A stretch of DNA of 64,000 nucleotides, from contig OZ244720.1 of the NCBI GenBank assembly GCA_965219085.1, forward strand, positions 640,001 through 704,000, read 5' to 3'. How positions within the stretch are numbered: the first letter of the stretch is position 1; every line of letters starts with the position of its first letter. The notes beneath the pieces were generated by a model. That model ran no database searches. It was given only the letters and a program-made list of their open reading frames with translations, and was not told where the DNA came from. This stretch comes from Dehalococcoidia bacterium (lineage in GTDB: Bacteria > Chloroflexota > Dehalococcoidia > UBA2979). This document shows, piece after piece, positions 1-9,800 of this stretch. The position numbers were made by a program, and so were the translations under genes.

Positions 1-3000
1 TGACGCTGACAGCCTCGGAGGGGGCGGACAGCGTCACCAGGCAAGTCAGCGTCAGCGTCAGCGACGAGAACGAGGCGGGCGTGGTCACCATCTCGCCGGT
101 GCGACCCCGCGTCGGAACGGCGCTGACCGCGACCCTGACCGACCCCGACGGCAGCACGTCGGGCGTTGCCTGGACCTGGCAGCGCTCGACCGGGCCCACG
201 ACCTGGGCCGCCATCGACGGGGCCAACTCGAACAGCTACACGCCGACCGCCGCCGACGCGGGACACTACCTGCGCGTCACGGCGACCTACAGCGATGACC
301 ACGGCGCCGGTCAGACCGCCGGGGCGGTGGCGCCGTACACGCCGCTGGCCCACCAGTTGAGTGCGCTCTCGGTCGCCGGTCCGGCGCGCGGCCCGTACCC
401 GGCCTTCGACCCGGACGTGCTCCACTACGCCATGGAGTGCGCCGCCGGCCAGACCATCACGCTGACGTTGTCCGCGGCGCAGTCGAGCACGCGGCTGGCG
501 GTCAACGGGGTGCAGCGGCCCAGCCGGAACGCGGTGGTGGAGTTGACGGGGCTCGACGGCCACAGCGACATCCCCATCACCCTCAGCGGCGGCCAGGGCG
601 GCGCCACGACGTACGTCCTGCACTGTTTCGAGGAGGACTTCCCGGACATCTCGACGGAGCAGGGGCCCGGCGCCACGGAAGAGCTGATTGGTTTCTCCCT
701 CAATACCAACCCACCCTCCGGCAGATATGCCTACATGATGATCGTCGACAACAACGGGGTTCCCCGGGTCCACCGCCGATTCGGCCACCGCGTGACCCAC
801 TTTCGGCCCCAGAACAGCGAGACGTATCCATTCTCCTATTCGGTGCCGGACGCAGACACGAAGCACGTGTGGGTCCTGGTCGACCGGGCTCTGAACGAGT
901 TGGGCCGCGTGATCACCGTCGCGCCCCTGCTGGAGACCGATAAGCACGACTTCATCATCCTCGACAACGGGGACTACCTGCTGCTGTCCTACGAGCCGGT
1001 GCTGCGCGACTTCAGCTACCTGGTTGACAGCGACGGCAATCCGGCGCCTCCGAATCCGGACAGATCCGATGGGCTGTACCCCGTTACGGACACGGCAATC
1101 CAGATCAGGACCGCGGCGGGGGCGGCGAAGCTCACCTGGTACTCATGGGACCACATGGCGGCGCAGGACTGCGGGGGGAACCCGTTCGTCGCAGGCGACT
1201 GGGCACACGGCAATTCACTCTGGTTGGCCGACGGCGTCATCGTCGCCTCGTTCCGGCAGTGCGGGAAAGTGCTGGCCATCGACGCGGCGACCGGAGACGT
1301 CGTGTGGCGGCTGGGCCGCAGCTACCGCTCGCCCGAGGAGTGGGGGAGCGACGAACTGAGCGGGCACGGCCGCGGCGCGGGCCCGGCGCCGATGACCATC
1401 CTCAACGACCGCTATGGGGGGTTCTGCGGACAACATTCCGCGCAAGTCCTGGACAACGGGCATCTCCTGCTCTACGACAACGGCTTTCCCTGCATCCGGG
1501 ATCCGGCAACGGGACTCAACTGGCGGACGAGCGGGGAGTTCAGCCGGGCGGTGGAGTACGCCATCGACTCCGGCAACGGCGAGGCCATCTTCCAGCGCCA
1601 TCATTCGCTCCACGGGGACTTCAACAGGGGGGCGTGGGCTGCCGGCCTCGTCGAACCGATGGACAACGGTGACTGGCTGGTCAGCTGGGGCTTCAACGAC
1701 GGTGAAAGGATCACGGCGCTGCCTCCCGACGAGTCAATGACGCAGGTGGATCCGGACACGGGCACTGAAAAGTTCTCGATCAATATCCAGATCGACCACA
1801 GCGGGGAAGAGAACATCAATGTCCGTGCCTACCCGCTCAGTCCAACCGTGCTGGCGGACGAGCCCCTCGCGCTCGAAGCTGCGCTTCCGGCCAGCAGCCA
1901 CTCGTTGCTGTTCAACCCCGGCGCTCCCCAGGTCGTGGTGGCGTTCAGCCGCCCCGTCGTGGACTTCGACGCCGACACGACGTCGGTCAGCATCACGGGC
2001 GCGACGGTCGCGAGCGCCGGCGCGCACGTCATGGCGGGCCAGCCGGCCAACGCCTACCGCTTCACCCTCACGCCCGATGCGATGGGCACGATCACCTTCC
2101 GCCTCGTCGCCGATCAGCCCTGCGCCGGCGGCGGCATCTGCACCGCGGATGGAACCGTGTTGTCGGCCGGTGTGACCGTCACCATCGACAGGCCGGAACA
2201 CCCCGAGAACAGCACGAGGACGTCCGTCGCCGTCTCCACGGCCGGCGTCACGCTCGCCGGACCCGACAGCGCCGCCTTCGAGATCCGCGGCGGCGCGCTC
2301 CAGTTCCGCACCGCGCCCGACTTCGAGTCCCCGGCGGACGATGGCGGGGACAACAGCTACCAGGTCATGATCGTGGATAGTGGGAACCCCACGAGCCTGC
2401 GGGCCGTGACCATCGCCGTCAGCGACGTGAACGAGGCGCCGGCCTTCCCGGCCGGCGAGAGCGGCGCCCGCAGCATCCCCGAGAACACGGCTGCCGGCCT
2501 GAACATCGGCGCGCCGGTGGCGGCCACGGACGACGACAACGACGCGCTGACCTACACGCTGGGCGGAACGGACGCCGCGTCCTTCAGCATCGGTGCCTCG
2601 ACGGGCCAACTGCGCACCGATGCTGCGCCGGATCACGAGACGAAGAGCACCTACACGGTCAGCGTCGGGGTCCGCGACAGCCGGGACGCCAGCGGCAACC
2701 CGGACACGGCCACGGACGCCACGATCACGGTCACGATCGCCATCACCGACGTGAACGAGCCGCCGGCCATCAGTGGCGAAGCGGCCATCGACTTCGCCGA
2801 GCACGGCACGGGGATCGTCGCCACCTACACCGCCACCGACCCGGAGGACCGCACGCTCATCTGGGAGCCGCTGGCGGGGCCGGACCGCGGCCACTTCACT
2901 TTCAGCGGCGGCGTGCTGGGCTTCGTCGCGCCGCCCGACTTCGAGTCGCCGGCGGACTCGGGCGAGAACAACGAGTACCTGGTGCGAGTGCGGATCTCCG

Positions 3001-6000
3001 ACGGCGTGAACGACGACACACTCGACGTGACGGTGACCGTCACGAACGAAGAGGAGGCGGGGACGCTCACGCTGTCCTCGCAGCAGCCGCTGGTGGGCAC
3101 CTTGCTGACCGCCACGCTCGACGACCCCGACGGCGACATCACGAGCCTGTCGTGGACATGGGAGCGCTCGCAGAACCGGAGCAACTGGAGCGAGATCGAC
3201 GGCGCCACGACCGAGAGCTACACGCCGGCGGGCGACGACCTCGACCACTACCTGCGGGTGACGGCCTCGTATGACGACGGCGAGGGCGCCGACAAGAGCG
3301 CGCAGGAGACCTCGGACGAGCGGACGCAGGCCGCGCCGGTGATGAACGAGCCCCCCGCGTTCGCCGCCCAGATCACGCCCCGCTCGATCGAGGAGAACTC
3401 GGCCGAAGGCACGCCCGTCGGCGACCCGGTCACGGCCACGGACCCCGACGCCGACACGCTGTGGTACACGCTCTCGGGCATCGGCATCGCTGCGGACCTC
3501 TTCAGCATCGAGGGCGGCAGCGGTCAGATTCGGGTCGGGCAGGGCGCCGTGCTGGACTACGAGGCGCTGGGCGACGGGACGGGAACGTCCTTCTTCTACA
3601 CCGTCGCCGTCACCGCCGCGGACCCCTCGAACGCCAGCGCCAGCATCCTCGTCACGATCACCGTCACCGACGTCAACGAGCCGCCCGAGGCGACTGGCGA
3701 CGACGCCACGACCGATGAGGACACGGCGACCACGATCGATGTGCTGTTCAACGACAGCGACCCCGAGGGCGACACCCTGACCGTCTCGGTGAGCACGCCG
3801 CCCGCAAGCGGTGCGGTGACGGTGGAAGCCGACAACAGCATCACGTACGCGCCCGACGCCGACTTCCACGGCGTGGACACGTTCACCTACCAGGCGTCCG
3901 ACGGCGTCCACTCGTCCGCCGAGGCCATGGTCGTCGTGACGGTGAACCCGGTGAACGACCCACCCGACTTCCCCGCCGCTACGGCCGAGCGCTCCGTGGC
4001 CGCCAACGCAGCGGGAGGCAGGGAAGTCGGTCTACCGGTCGAGGCCACGGACCGCGACGGCGACACGCTCACCTATGTGCTCGCCGGCGCCGCGGGCCTC
4101 TTCGACATCGACCCGGACACGGGCCAGATCACCGTGGGTGTGGGAACCGTGCTCGACGCCTCGGTCCAGGACTCCTACCTGGTGACCGTGACGGCCACTG
4201 ACCCCTCCAGCGAGGAGGCGAGCATCGAGGTCACGATCACCGTGTCCAGCGCCGGCCCCACCGGCCCCGGCCCCGGCGGTGGCGGTGGCGGCGGCGGCGG
4301 TGGGCCGTCGGGGCCCTCGCCGAGCGAGCTGGACTTCGAGTGGAACGTGAAGCGCGACCTCGAGGCGCTGGACGGCGGCCACGACACGCCTACCGGCGCC
4401 TGGTCGGACGGCACGGTCCTCTGGGTACTCGAGAACGGAGACGGCGCCGGCGACGCCGTCTACGCCTACGACCTGAACACGGGCGAACGCCTGGAGGAGC
4501 GCGAGTTCGAACTCGACGAGCGCAACCGCGCGCCGCGCGGCGTCTGGTCCGGCGGCACGGTCATCTGGGTCTCCGACAGCGGCCAGGACCGCCTCTTCGG
4601 CCATGACCTCGAGACGGGCGAGCGGCTGCCGGAGCGCGACCTCGAGCTCGACGAGGACAACGGCGCCGCCCGCGGCATCTGGTCGGATGGCGAGAGGATG
4701 TGGGTGCTCGACGGCGGCAAGGACAGCCTCTTCGCCTACGACCTCGGGAGCGGCGCGCTGGTGGCCGAGTACGCCCTCGACGACGCCAACGGCGACCCTC
4801 ACGGGATCTGGTCGGACGGGGTGACGATCTGGGTCTCGGACCACGGCGCGAAGCGGCTCTTCGCCTACCGCCTCGAGGATGGGGAGCTCGTACGCAACAG
4901 CGAGGAGGAGTTCACGGAGCTGAGCAAGGCCTCCAACAACAGCCCGCGCGGCATCTGGTCGGACGGCGAGGTGATCTACGTGGCCGACGAGAGCGACGAC
5001 AAGGTCTACAGCTACAACATGCCCGACGCGATCGACGCGCGCCTCGCCTCGCTGACGCTGAGCGGCATCGAGATCGGGGAGTTCTCGGGGGACCGCACGG
5101 AGTACGACGGCGTCGCCGCCGAGGGCGTGACGGAGACGACGGTCGAGGCGGAGGCGCTGCAGCGCCGCACGACCGTCCTCATCGAGCCGGCCGACGCCGG
5201 CGGCGACGACACGAACGGCCACCAGCTGGCGCTGGAGGGCATCGACGCGATCACGGTCATCGTGACCTCGGCCGACGGCAGCCGCACGCGCGTCTACCGC
5301 GTGCGGCTGGAAGGCGGCGCGGCACAGGAAGCGCCCTGGCCGGAGTGCCTGCGCGGCGACATCGCCGCGGGCTTCAGCACCGTCGTCTACGCAGGCGGCA
5401 GCGTCGAGGAGCTGGAGGCCTGCGTGCGGAGCCTGCACGTCACCGCCCTCTACGTGCTCGACGAGGGCGAGTTCGTCTCCTACATCCTCGGCGCGCCTGC
5501 GTTCGTGAACCAACCGTTCGTCGAGCTGTTCGCCGACGGCCTTCCGCCCGTCACGCCGCTGGTCGCCGCAAGCAAGGGGCCGCCGCCCGGGGCGGACACG
5601 GACGGCGCCGGCGCGCGCCTCGCCGCGCTCACGCTGAGCGGCGTCGCCATCGGCGAGTTCTCGGGCGAGCGCACGCAGTACGCCGGCGCCGCGGGCGAGG
5701 GCGTGACGCAGACGACGGTCGGGGCCGCAGCCGTGCAGCACACGGCGCGCGTCCTCATCGAGCCCGCCGACGGCGACGGCGACGCGGCGAACGGCCACCA
5801 GGTGGGTCTGGAGGAGGGCGCGGAGATCGTCGTCACCGTGACCTCTCAGGACGGCAGCCGCACCAGGGTCTACCGGGTGTGGGTCGGGAGCGCAGAGGAA
5901 GAGCGGGAGCCCGCGCCGGAGTGCCTGCGCGGCGGCATCGCCGCGGGCTTCAGCCTCGTCGTCTACGAGGGTGGCGGCGTCGGGCAGTTGGAGGCCTGCG

Positions 6001-6161
6001 CGCGGAGCCTGCACGTCAGCGCCCTCTACGTGCTCGACGAGGGCGTGTTCGTCTCCTACATCCTGGGCGCGCCTGAGTTCGTGAACCGGCCCTTCCACGA
6101 GCTGTTCCCGCACGGCGTTCCGCCCCTCACGCCGCTGGTCGCCGCAAGCGACGGGCCATAG
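1..6161 (+). CDS. Giant secreted mosaic protein G1 (5'-truncated by the window): Ig-like, beta-sandwich, aryl-sulfate sulfotransferase (ASST) domain, cadherin/Ig repeats, conserved C-terminal module
   Basis: Frame is open from position 3 (TLTASEGADSVTRQVSVSVSDENEAGVVTISP) into ORF 81..6161. ASST motifs DKHDF, WAHGNS, SFRQ, GQHSA and SRAVEY lie at ~680-1850. Cadherin motifs (DVNEAPAF, ATDDD, LDYE) follow. C-module starts at 4320. Confidence 0.9.
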   Translation, partial: TLTASEGADSVTRQVSVSVSDENEAGVVTISPVRPRVGTALTATLTDPDGSTSGVAWTWQRSTGPTTWAAIDGANSNSYTPTAADAGHYLRVTATYSDDHGAGQTAGAVAPYTPLAHQLSALSVAGPARGPYPAFDPDVLHYAMECAAGQTITLTLSAAQSSTRLAVNGVQRPSRNAVVELTGLDGHSDIPITLSGGQGGATTYVLHCFEEDFPDISTEQGPGATEELIGFSLNTNPPSGRYAYMMIVDNNGVPRVHRRFGHRVTHFRPQNSETYPFSYSVPDADTKHVWVLVDRALNELGRVITVAPLLETDKHDFIILDNGDYLLLSYEPVLRDFSYLVDSDGNPAPPNPDRSDGLYPVTDTAIQIRTAAGAAKLTWYSWDHMAAQDCGGNPFVAGDWAHGNSLWLADGVIVASFRQCGKVLAIDAATGDVVWRLGRSYRSPEEWGSDELSGHGRGAGPAPMTILNDRYGGFCGQHSAQVLDNGHLLLYDNGFPCIRDPATGLNWRTSGEFSRAVEYAIDSGNGEAIFQRHHSLHGDFNRGAWAAGLVEPMDNGDWLVSWGFNDGERITALPPDESMTQVDPDTGTEKFSINIQIDHSGEENINVRAYPLSPTVLADEPLALEAALPASSHSLLFNPGAPQVVVAFSRPVVDFDADTTSVSITGATVASAGAHVMAGQPANAYRFTLTPDAMGTITFRLVADQPCAGGGICTADGTVLSAGVTVTIDRPEHPENSTRTSVAVSTAGVTLAGPDSAAFEIRGGALQFRTAPDFESPADDGGDNSYQVMIVDSGNPTSLRAVTIAVSDVNEAPAFPAGESGARSIPENTAAGLNIGAPVAATDDDNDALTYTLGGTDAASFSIGASTGQLRTDAAPDHETKSTYTVSVGVRDSRDASGNPDTATDATITVTIAITDVNEPPAISGEAAIDFAEHGTGIVATYTATDPEDRTLIWEPLAGPDRGHFTFSGGVLGFVAPPDFESPADSGENNEYLVRVRISDGVNDDTLDVTVTVTNEEEAGTLTLSSQQPLVGTLLTATLDDPDGDITSLSWTWERSQNRSNWSEIDGATTESYTPAGDDLDHYLRVTASYDDGEGADKSAQETSDERTQAAPVMNEPPAFAAQITPRSIEENSAEGTPVGDPVTATDPDADTLWYTLSGIGIAADLFSIEGGSGQIRVGQGAVLDYEALGDGTGTSFFYTVAVTAADPSNASASILVTITVTDVNEPPEATGDDATTDEDTATTIDVLFNDSDPEGDTLTVSVSTPPASGAVTVEADNSITYAPDADFHGVDTFTYQASDGVHSSAEAMVVVTVNPVNDPPDFPAATAERSVAANAAGGREVGLPVEATDRDGDTLTYVLAGAAGLFDIDPDTGQITVGVGTVLDASVQDSYLVTVTATDPSSEEASIEVTITVSSAGPTGPGPGGGGGGGGGGPSGPSPSELDFEWNVKRDLEALDGGHDTPTGAWSDGTVLWVLENGDGAGDAVYAYDLNTGERLEEREFELDERNRAPRGVWSGGTVIWVSDSGQDRLFGHDLETGERLPERDLELDEDNGAARGIWSDGERMWVLDGGKDSLFAYDLGSGALVAEYALDDANGDPHGIWSDGVTIWVSDHGAKRLFAYRLEDGELVRNSEEEFTELSKASNNSPRGIWSDGEVIYVADESDDKVYSYNMPDAIDARLASLTLSGIEIGEFSGDRTEYDGVAAEGVTETTVEAEALQRRTTVLIEPADAGGDDTNGHQLALEGIDAITVIVTSADGSRTRVYRVRLEGGAAQEAPWPECLRGDIAAGFSTVVYAGGSVEELEACVRSLHVTALYVLDEGEFVSYILGAPAFVNQPFVELFADGLPPVTPLVAASKGPPPGADTDGAGARLAALTLSGVAIGEFSGERTQYAGAAGEGVTQTTVGAAAVQHTARVLIEPADGDGDAANGHQVGLEEGAEIVVTVTSQDGSRTRVYRVWVGSAEEEREPAPECLRGGIAAGFSLVVYEGGGVGQLEACARSLHVSALYVLDEGVFVSYILGAPEFVNRPFHELFPHGVPPLTPLVAASDGP
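4320..6161 (+). repeat. Conserved C-terminal module copy 1 (variant with an extra beta-sandwich between the two CLRG domains)
   Basis: Starts PSELDFEWNVKRD. DNA is near-identical to the copies at 11881, 21216, 36203, 48813 and 62622 through the propeller and first sandwich. Confidence 0.95.
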
Positions 6162-6289
6162 GCCCCCCTCGGAGCACGACACCGCTGCCACTGAGCGCGG
6201 CCGAGTTCGCTCCGCCTTCCGCGCAGAACGCTCTTGCCTGGCAAGCGGCGTGCGAGCTGCACTCCGCAGTGCGCCACCGCGTCGCTGGT

Positions 6290-6316
6290 TCTCAGGCAGT
6301 CGCTCATTGCCTGAGA
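6290..6316 (+). terminator. Conserved hairpin between upstream stop and downstream promoter (possible terminator, no U-tract)
   Basis: TCTCAGGCA-gtcgctcat-TGCCTGAGA is a perfect 9-bp inverted repeat. Repeated at 50500-50526 and degenerate at ~26050-26077. Confidence 0.5.
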
Positions 6317-6344
6317 GAGGCCACAAGGCCCTCAATCCATGGAC

Positions 6345-6421
6345 AGTCACGATATGTTCACACAATAAAGTCGTAAGTTCACGCCTCGTGCACTGACACC
6401 GAACCAACGAGCAGGAACAAT
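6345..6421 (+). promoter_or_regulatory. Putative activator-dependent promoter: two pairs of 11-bp-spaced direct repeats plus -35/-10
   Basis: AGTCAC(6345)-GTTCAC(6356)...GTTCAC(6377)-GTGCAC(6388), then CTGACA-N17-AACAAT. Same architecture occurs four times in the window. Confidence 0.65.
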
Positions 6422-6822
6422 TGCCCCGTTGAACCTGGGAGAGCGCAACACGCTCGCGCGAGGGGGCAACTGGTGCGTCGGACGGTCGCGAAGTCGAACG
6501 GGAACGCTCGGCAGGCAGGCGCAACTGCGCTGAACGAGCGCGCGTGTGGGTGTCGCGCCCGCGCTGCCAGAACGAACGTCCCCCCAAACTTGTTCCACCC
6601 GGATCGCGCCAGGCCGGTCCGGTTCCTTCGCCCGGCCCTAACGCTCTCGCCTCGCCGCACGCGCGGAGCGCACCCGTGCAGCAAGACGAACCACCGTCGC
6701 ACGTGATGCCCCAGAGATTGAGGGCCGTGGCGCCACCCCTCGCGAGCCGACGCTGCCGACGCGAGGAGGCCCAGCGGCGGCCACCCGCGCCGGGCGGGAG
6801 CACACACACCCGAGGCACAACG

Positions 6823-9800
6823 ATGACGCGCATCCGTAGGCCCGGCTTCCCCGTCCTGCTCGCCGCCCTCGCCCTGGGCGGCCTCATGCTGGCCCTGTCC
6901 CCGGCTGGCGCGCCGCCGGTGGACGCGCAGCAAGGCTCCGTCCCGGACCAGCCCACGGGACTCGTCACCACGGCGGTGCACGACTCCGTTGCGCTCAGCT
7001 GGAACGATCCGGGTGATACCAGCATCACCCACTACCAGGTATTGCGGCGCGACCGCGACGTCCACGCCGCCGGCGAGTTCGTCACCATCAAGGAGAACAC
7101 GGGCTCGCCGGCGACGAGCTACACCGACACGACGGTGGCGCCGGAGCGGCGCTACACCTACCGCGTCCAGGCGGTCAACCGGCACGGCGTCTCGCAGTGG
7201 TCGAGCTTCGCCCGGGCCGACACGCCGGCCGCGCCCGCGCCGCCGCCCGAGGACGAATCCTCGCCCGCCGATTTGGCGCCCAGCGGCCTCACCGCCGAAG
7301 CAGGCGCGGATGGCGGTGTTGCCCTGACCTGGACCGCCCCCGCCGCGGATGCCGCCGCGGTCACGGGCTACGAGCTGCTGCGTGCCGCGGGCAAGGCCGA
7401 GCCGGCCAGCCTCGCGCTGACAGCGGTTACCAGCACCGCCCACACCGACACGACTGCTACCCAAGCCGGCGAGACCTACAGCTATCAGGTCAAGGCCCTG
7501 CGAGACCAGGAGCAGAGCGAGGGCTCCAACCGGGCCAGCGTCACCTTGCCTCAACACACGCCAGGGCCCGGCGACGCCCAGGCCCGGCAGACGAAGCCCG
7601 GCACGCCCACGCTTGTCGAGGTCGGCGCGGGGGATACCAAGCTCCGGGTGATCTGGAAGGCCCCGCCACCAGAGTCCGGGGCCCCGATCAACACCTACGA
7701 CCTGCGCTACATCGAGACCAGCGCGGACGAGGCGATCGAAACCAACTGGACCGTGATCGAAACCATCTGGGACCGCCTGGGGATGGCCGGCCCCTACGAA
7801 TACACCCTCACCGCGTTGACCAACGGCACCGGCTACGACGTGCAGGTCCGGGCGCGCGCCGCGTCCGGTCCGGCCGGGACCGGCGACTGGTCGAACACCC
7901 TGTCGGACACGCCCGCCGCGGTGCCCGACGCCCCCGGCGCCCCCCAGGTGACCCGCAGCGATGGCATGCTCGACTTCACCTGGAGCGCCCCGGCGGACAA
8001 CGGCACGGGCGCCATCACCTCCTACGACCTGCGCTACCGCGCGGGCTCGGGCGACTGGACCGAGATCACCGGCGTCTGGACCGAGACCGACGGCGGGGCG
8101 CTGGCGGGCAACCTGCCCAACCTGACGAACGGCGTCACCTACCGCTTGCAGGTGCGGGCGGTGAACGCGAACGGCGGCGGCCTCTGGTCGGCCGGCGCGG
8201 AGGGCGTCCCCGCGACGCTGCCCGGCGTGCCCCGGTTCGTCACAAAATGGACCTCGGGGGACGGGTACCTCGGGGTGCTCTGGAGTAGCCCGGAATCCGA
8301 CGGCGGGGCGAATGTCACGCACTACGACCTGCGCTACATCGAGACCAGCGCGAACGCGATGATCGACGGCAACTGGACCGAGAAGCTGGACGTGTCCACC
8401 CGTGCCTCCAGCTACCGCCTCACGGGCCTGACCAACCTCGTCGAGTACCGCCTGCAGTTGCGCGCGGTCAACGACGTCGGCCCCGGCCCCTGGGACACCG
8501 GATTCAAGGACACGCCGCGGAAGCCTCCCGGGCCGCCCAGTATCGATCTCGTCACGTCCGCGGACGGGAGTCTGACGATCGCCTATTCGCCGCCGCCGGT
8601 AGTGGAGGGCGCCGGCGACATCGCGTCGTACAGGTTGAGTTGGATCCGCGGCCACACGGGCGGCCTCTGGAGCGTGGCGAACGACCTCCCGACGTCGGCG
8701 CCCTTGGAATACACCATCTCCGGGCTCAACAACGGCGCCAGATACACCCTCGAACTGCGGGTGTACGACGAGTTCGGAGATTACAACGACTCGGTTCGCG
8801 CCGTTGGTATCCCGGGCGCGCCGACGTCGCCCGCGGCGCCCACCATCGACGCGTTGACCGCGAGCAGCGGCGCCTTCAGCATCACCTGGGAAGCGCCCTA
8901 TAACGGCGGCGCCGCCATCACCTCCTACGACCTGCGCTACATCCGCAACGACGCCGCCAGCAAGGCCGACGCCAACTGGACGCTGGAGGAAGAGGTCTGG
9001 AGCGCCGGCGCCCTGTGGTACGCGCTGAGCGGTCTGACCGATTGGGTCGCCTACGACGTCCAGGTCCGGGCCGAGAACTCCGTGGGCGTGGGCGCTTGGT
9101 CCGCCACCAAGACCGGCACGCCCGGAACCGCGCCCTCCGCCCCCACCATCGACGAGGTCTACTACGTCGACGACGAGTTCAGGCGGATGCTGATGGAATG
9201 GACGGCTCCCACGAGCGACGGGGGGAGCACGATCACCAACTACCACGTGCGCTTCACGTACACGGCCAGCCAGCAGTCGGAGGTCTTCGACGACTTCTGG
9301 GATCCCAGTAAAGCGCTCGGCGTTGTGCTGCCGCTGAACCCCCACGACGTCGGGGTAGAGGTGGGCTTTGAGGTGCGAGCGGTCAACGTCGCGGCAGCCG
9401 GCCCCTGGTCCGCGATGACGACGTGGACGACGCCCGGCACGCCTGACGCTCCCACCGGTGTGACGGCCGTGGCCGCGGACCGGAAGATCATCGTCACCTG
9501 GGAGGCGGCTGTCACCGGCGACGCCGCGGTCATCGCCTACGACCTGCGCTACAGATGGATCATCCCGGGATCACCGAACAAGTTCTGGACCCTCATACGC
9601 GACGTTTGGACCCCTGGCTCGGGCGAGCTCCGATACACCCGGACGGGCGTGCCCAACCACCGCGAGCACGGCGTGCAGGTTCGGGCGAGGAATCACCTCA
9701 GCTTGATCGTCAGCGGGGAGGGGTGGTCCGCCACCGTGAGAGCGACACCCGTGCCCCTGCCGACGGTGCAGGGCGACGCCGCGGTGCTGTATGAGGAGAA

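Noticed and set aside
4270-4305. Gly-rich stretch as RTX/T1SS repeats or a frameshifting SSR
   Set aside because: Pure poly-Gly in mixed codons, not GGxGxDxxx; length changes stay in frame; the proteins have N-terminal signal peptides.
6440-6530. c-di-GMP or other known riboswitch in the leader
   Set aside because: Consensus motifs could not be matched by eye; kept only as an unassigned conserved leader.
6544-6822. ORF-track N-terminal extensions (6544, 37716, 40796, 43629)
   Set aside because: Downstream starts give signal peptides, RBSs or paralog-matched N-termini; the extensions are leader or repeat DNA.
6823-6930. Tat signal (RR) in G2/G6
   Set aside because: IRRPGF does not fit S/T-R-R-x-F-L-K, other members lack RR, and the proteins are very large; Sec-type signals are more plausible.
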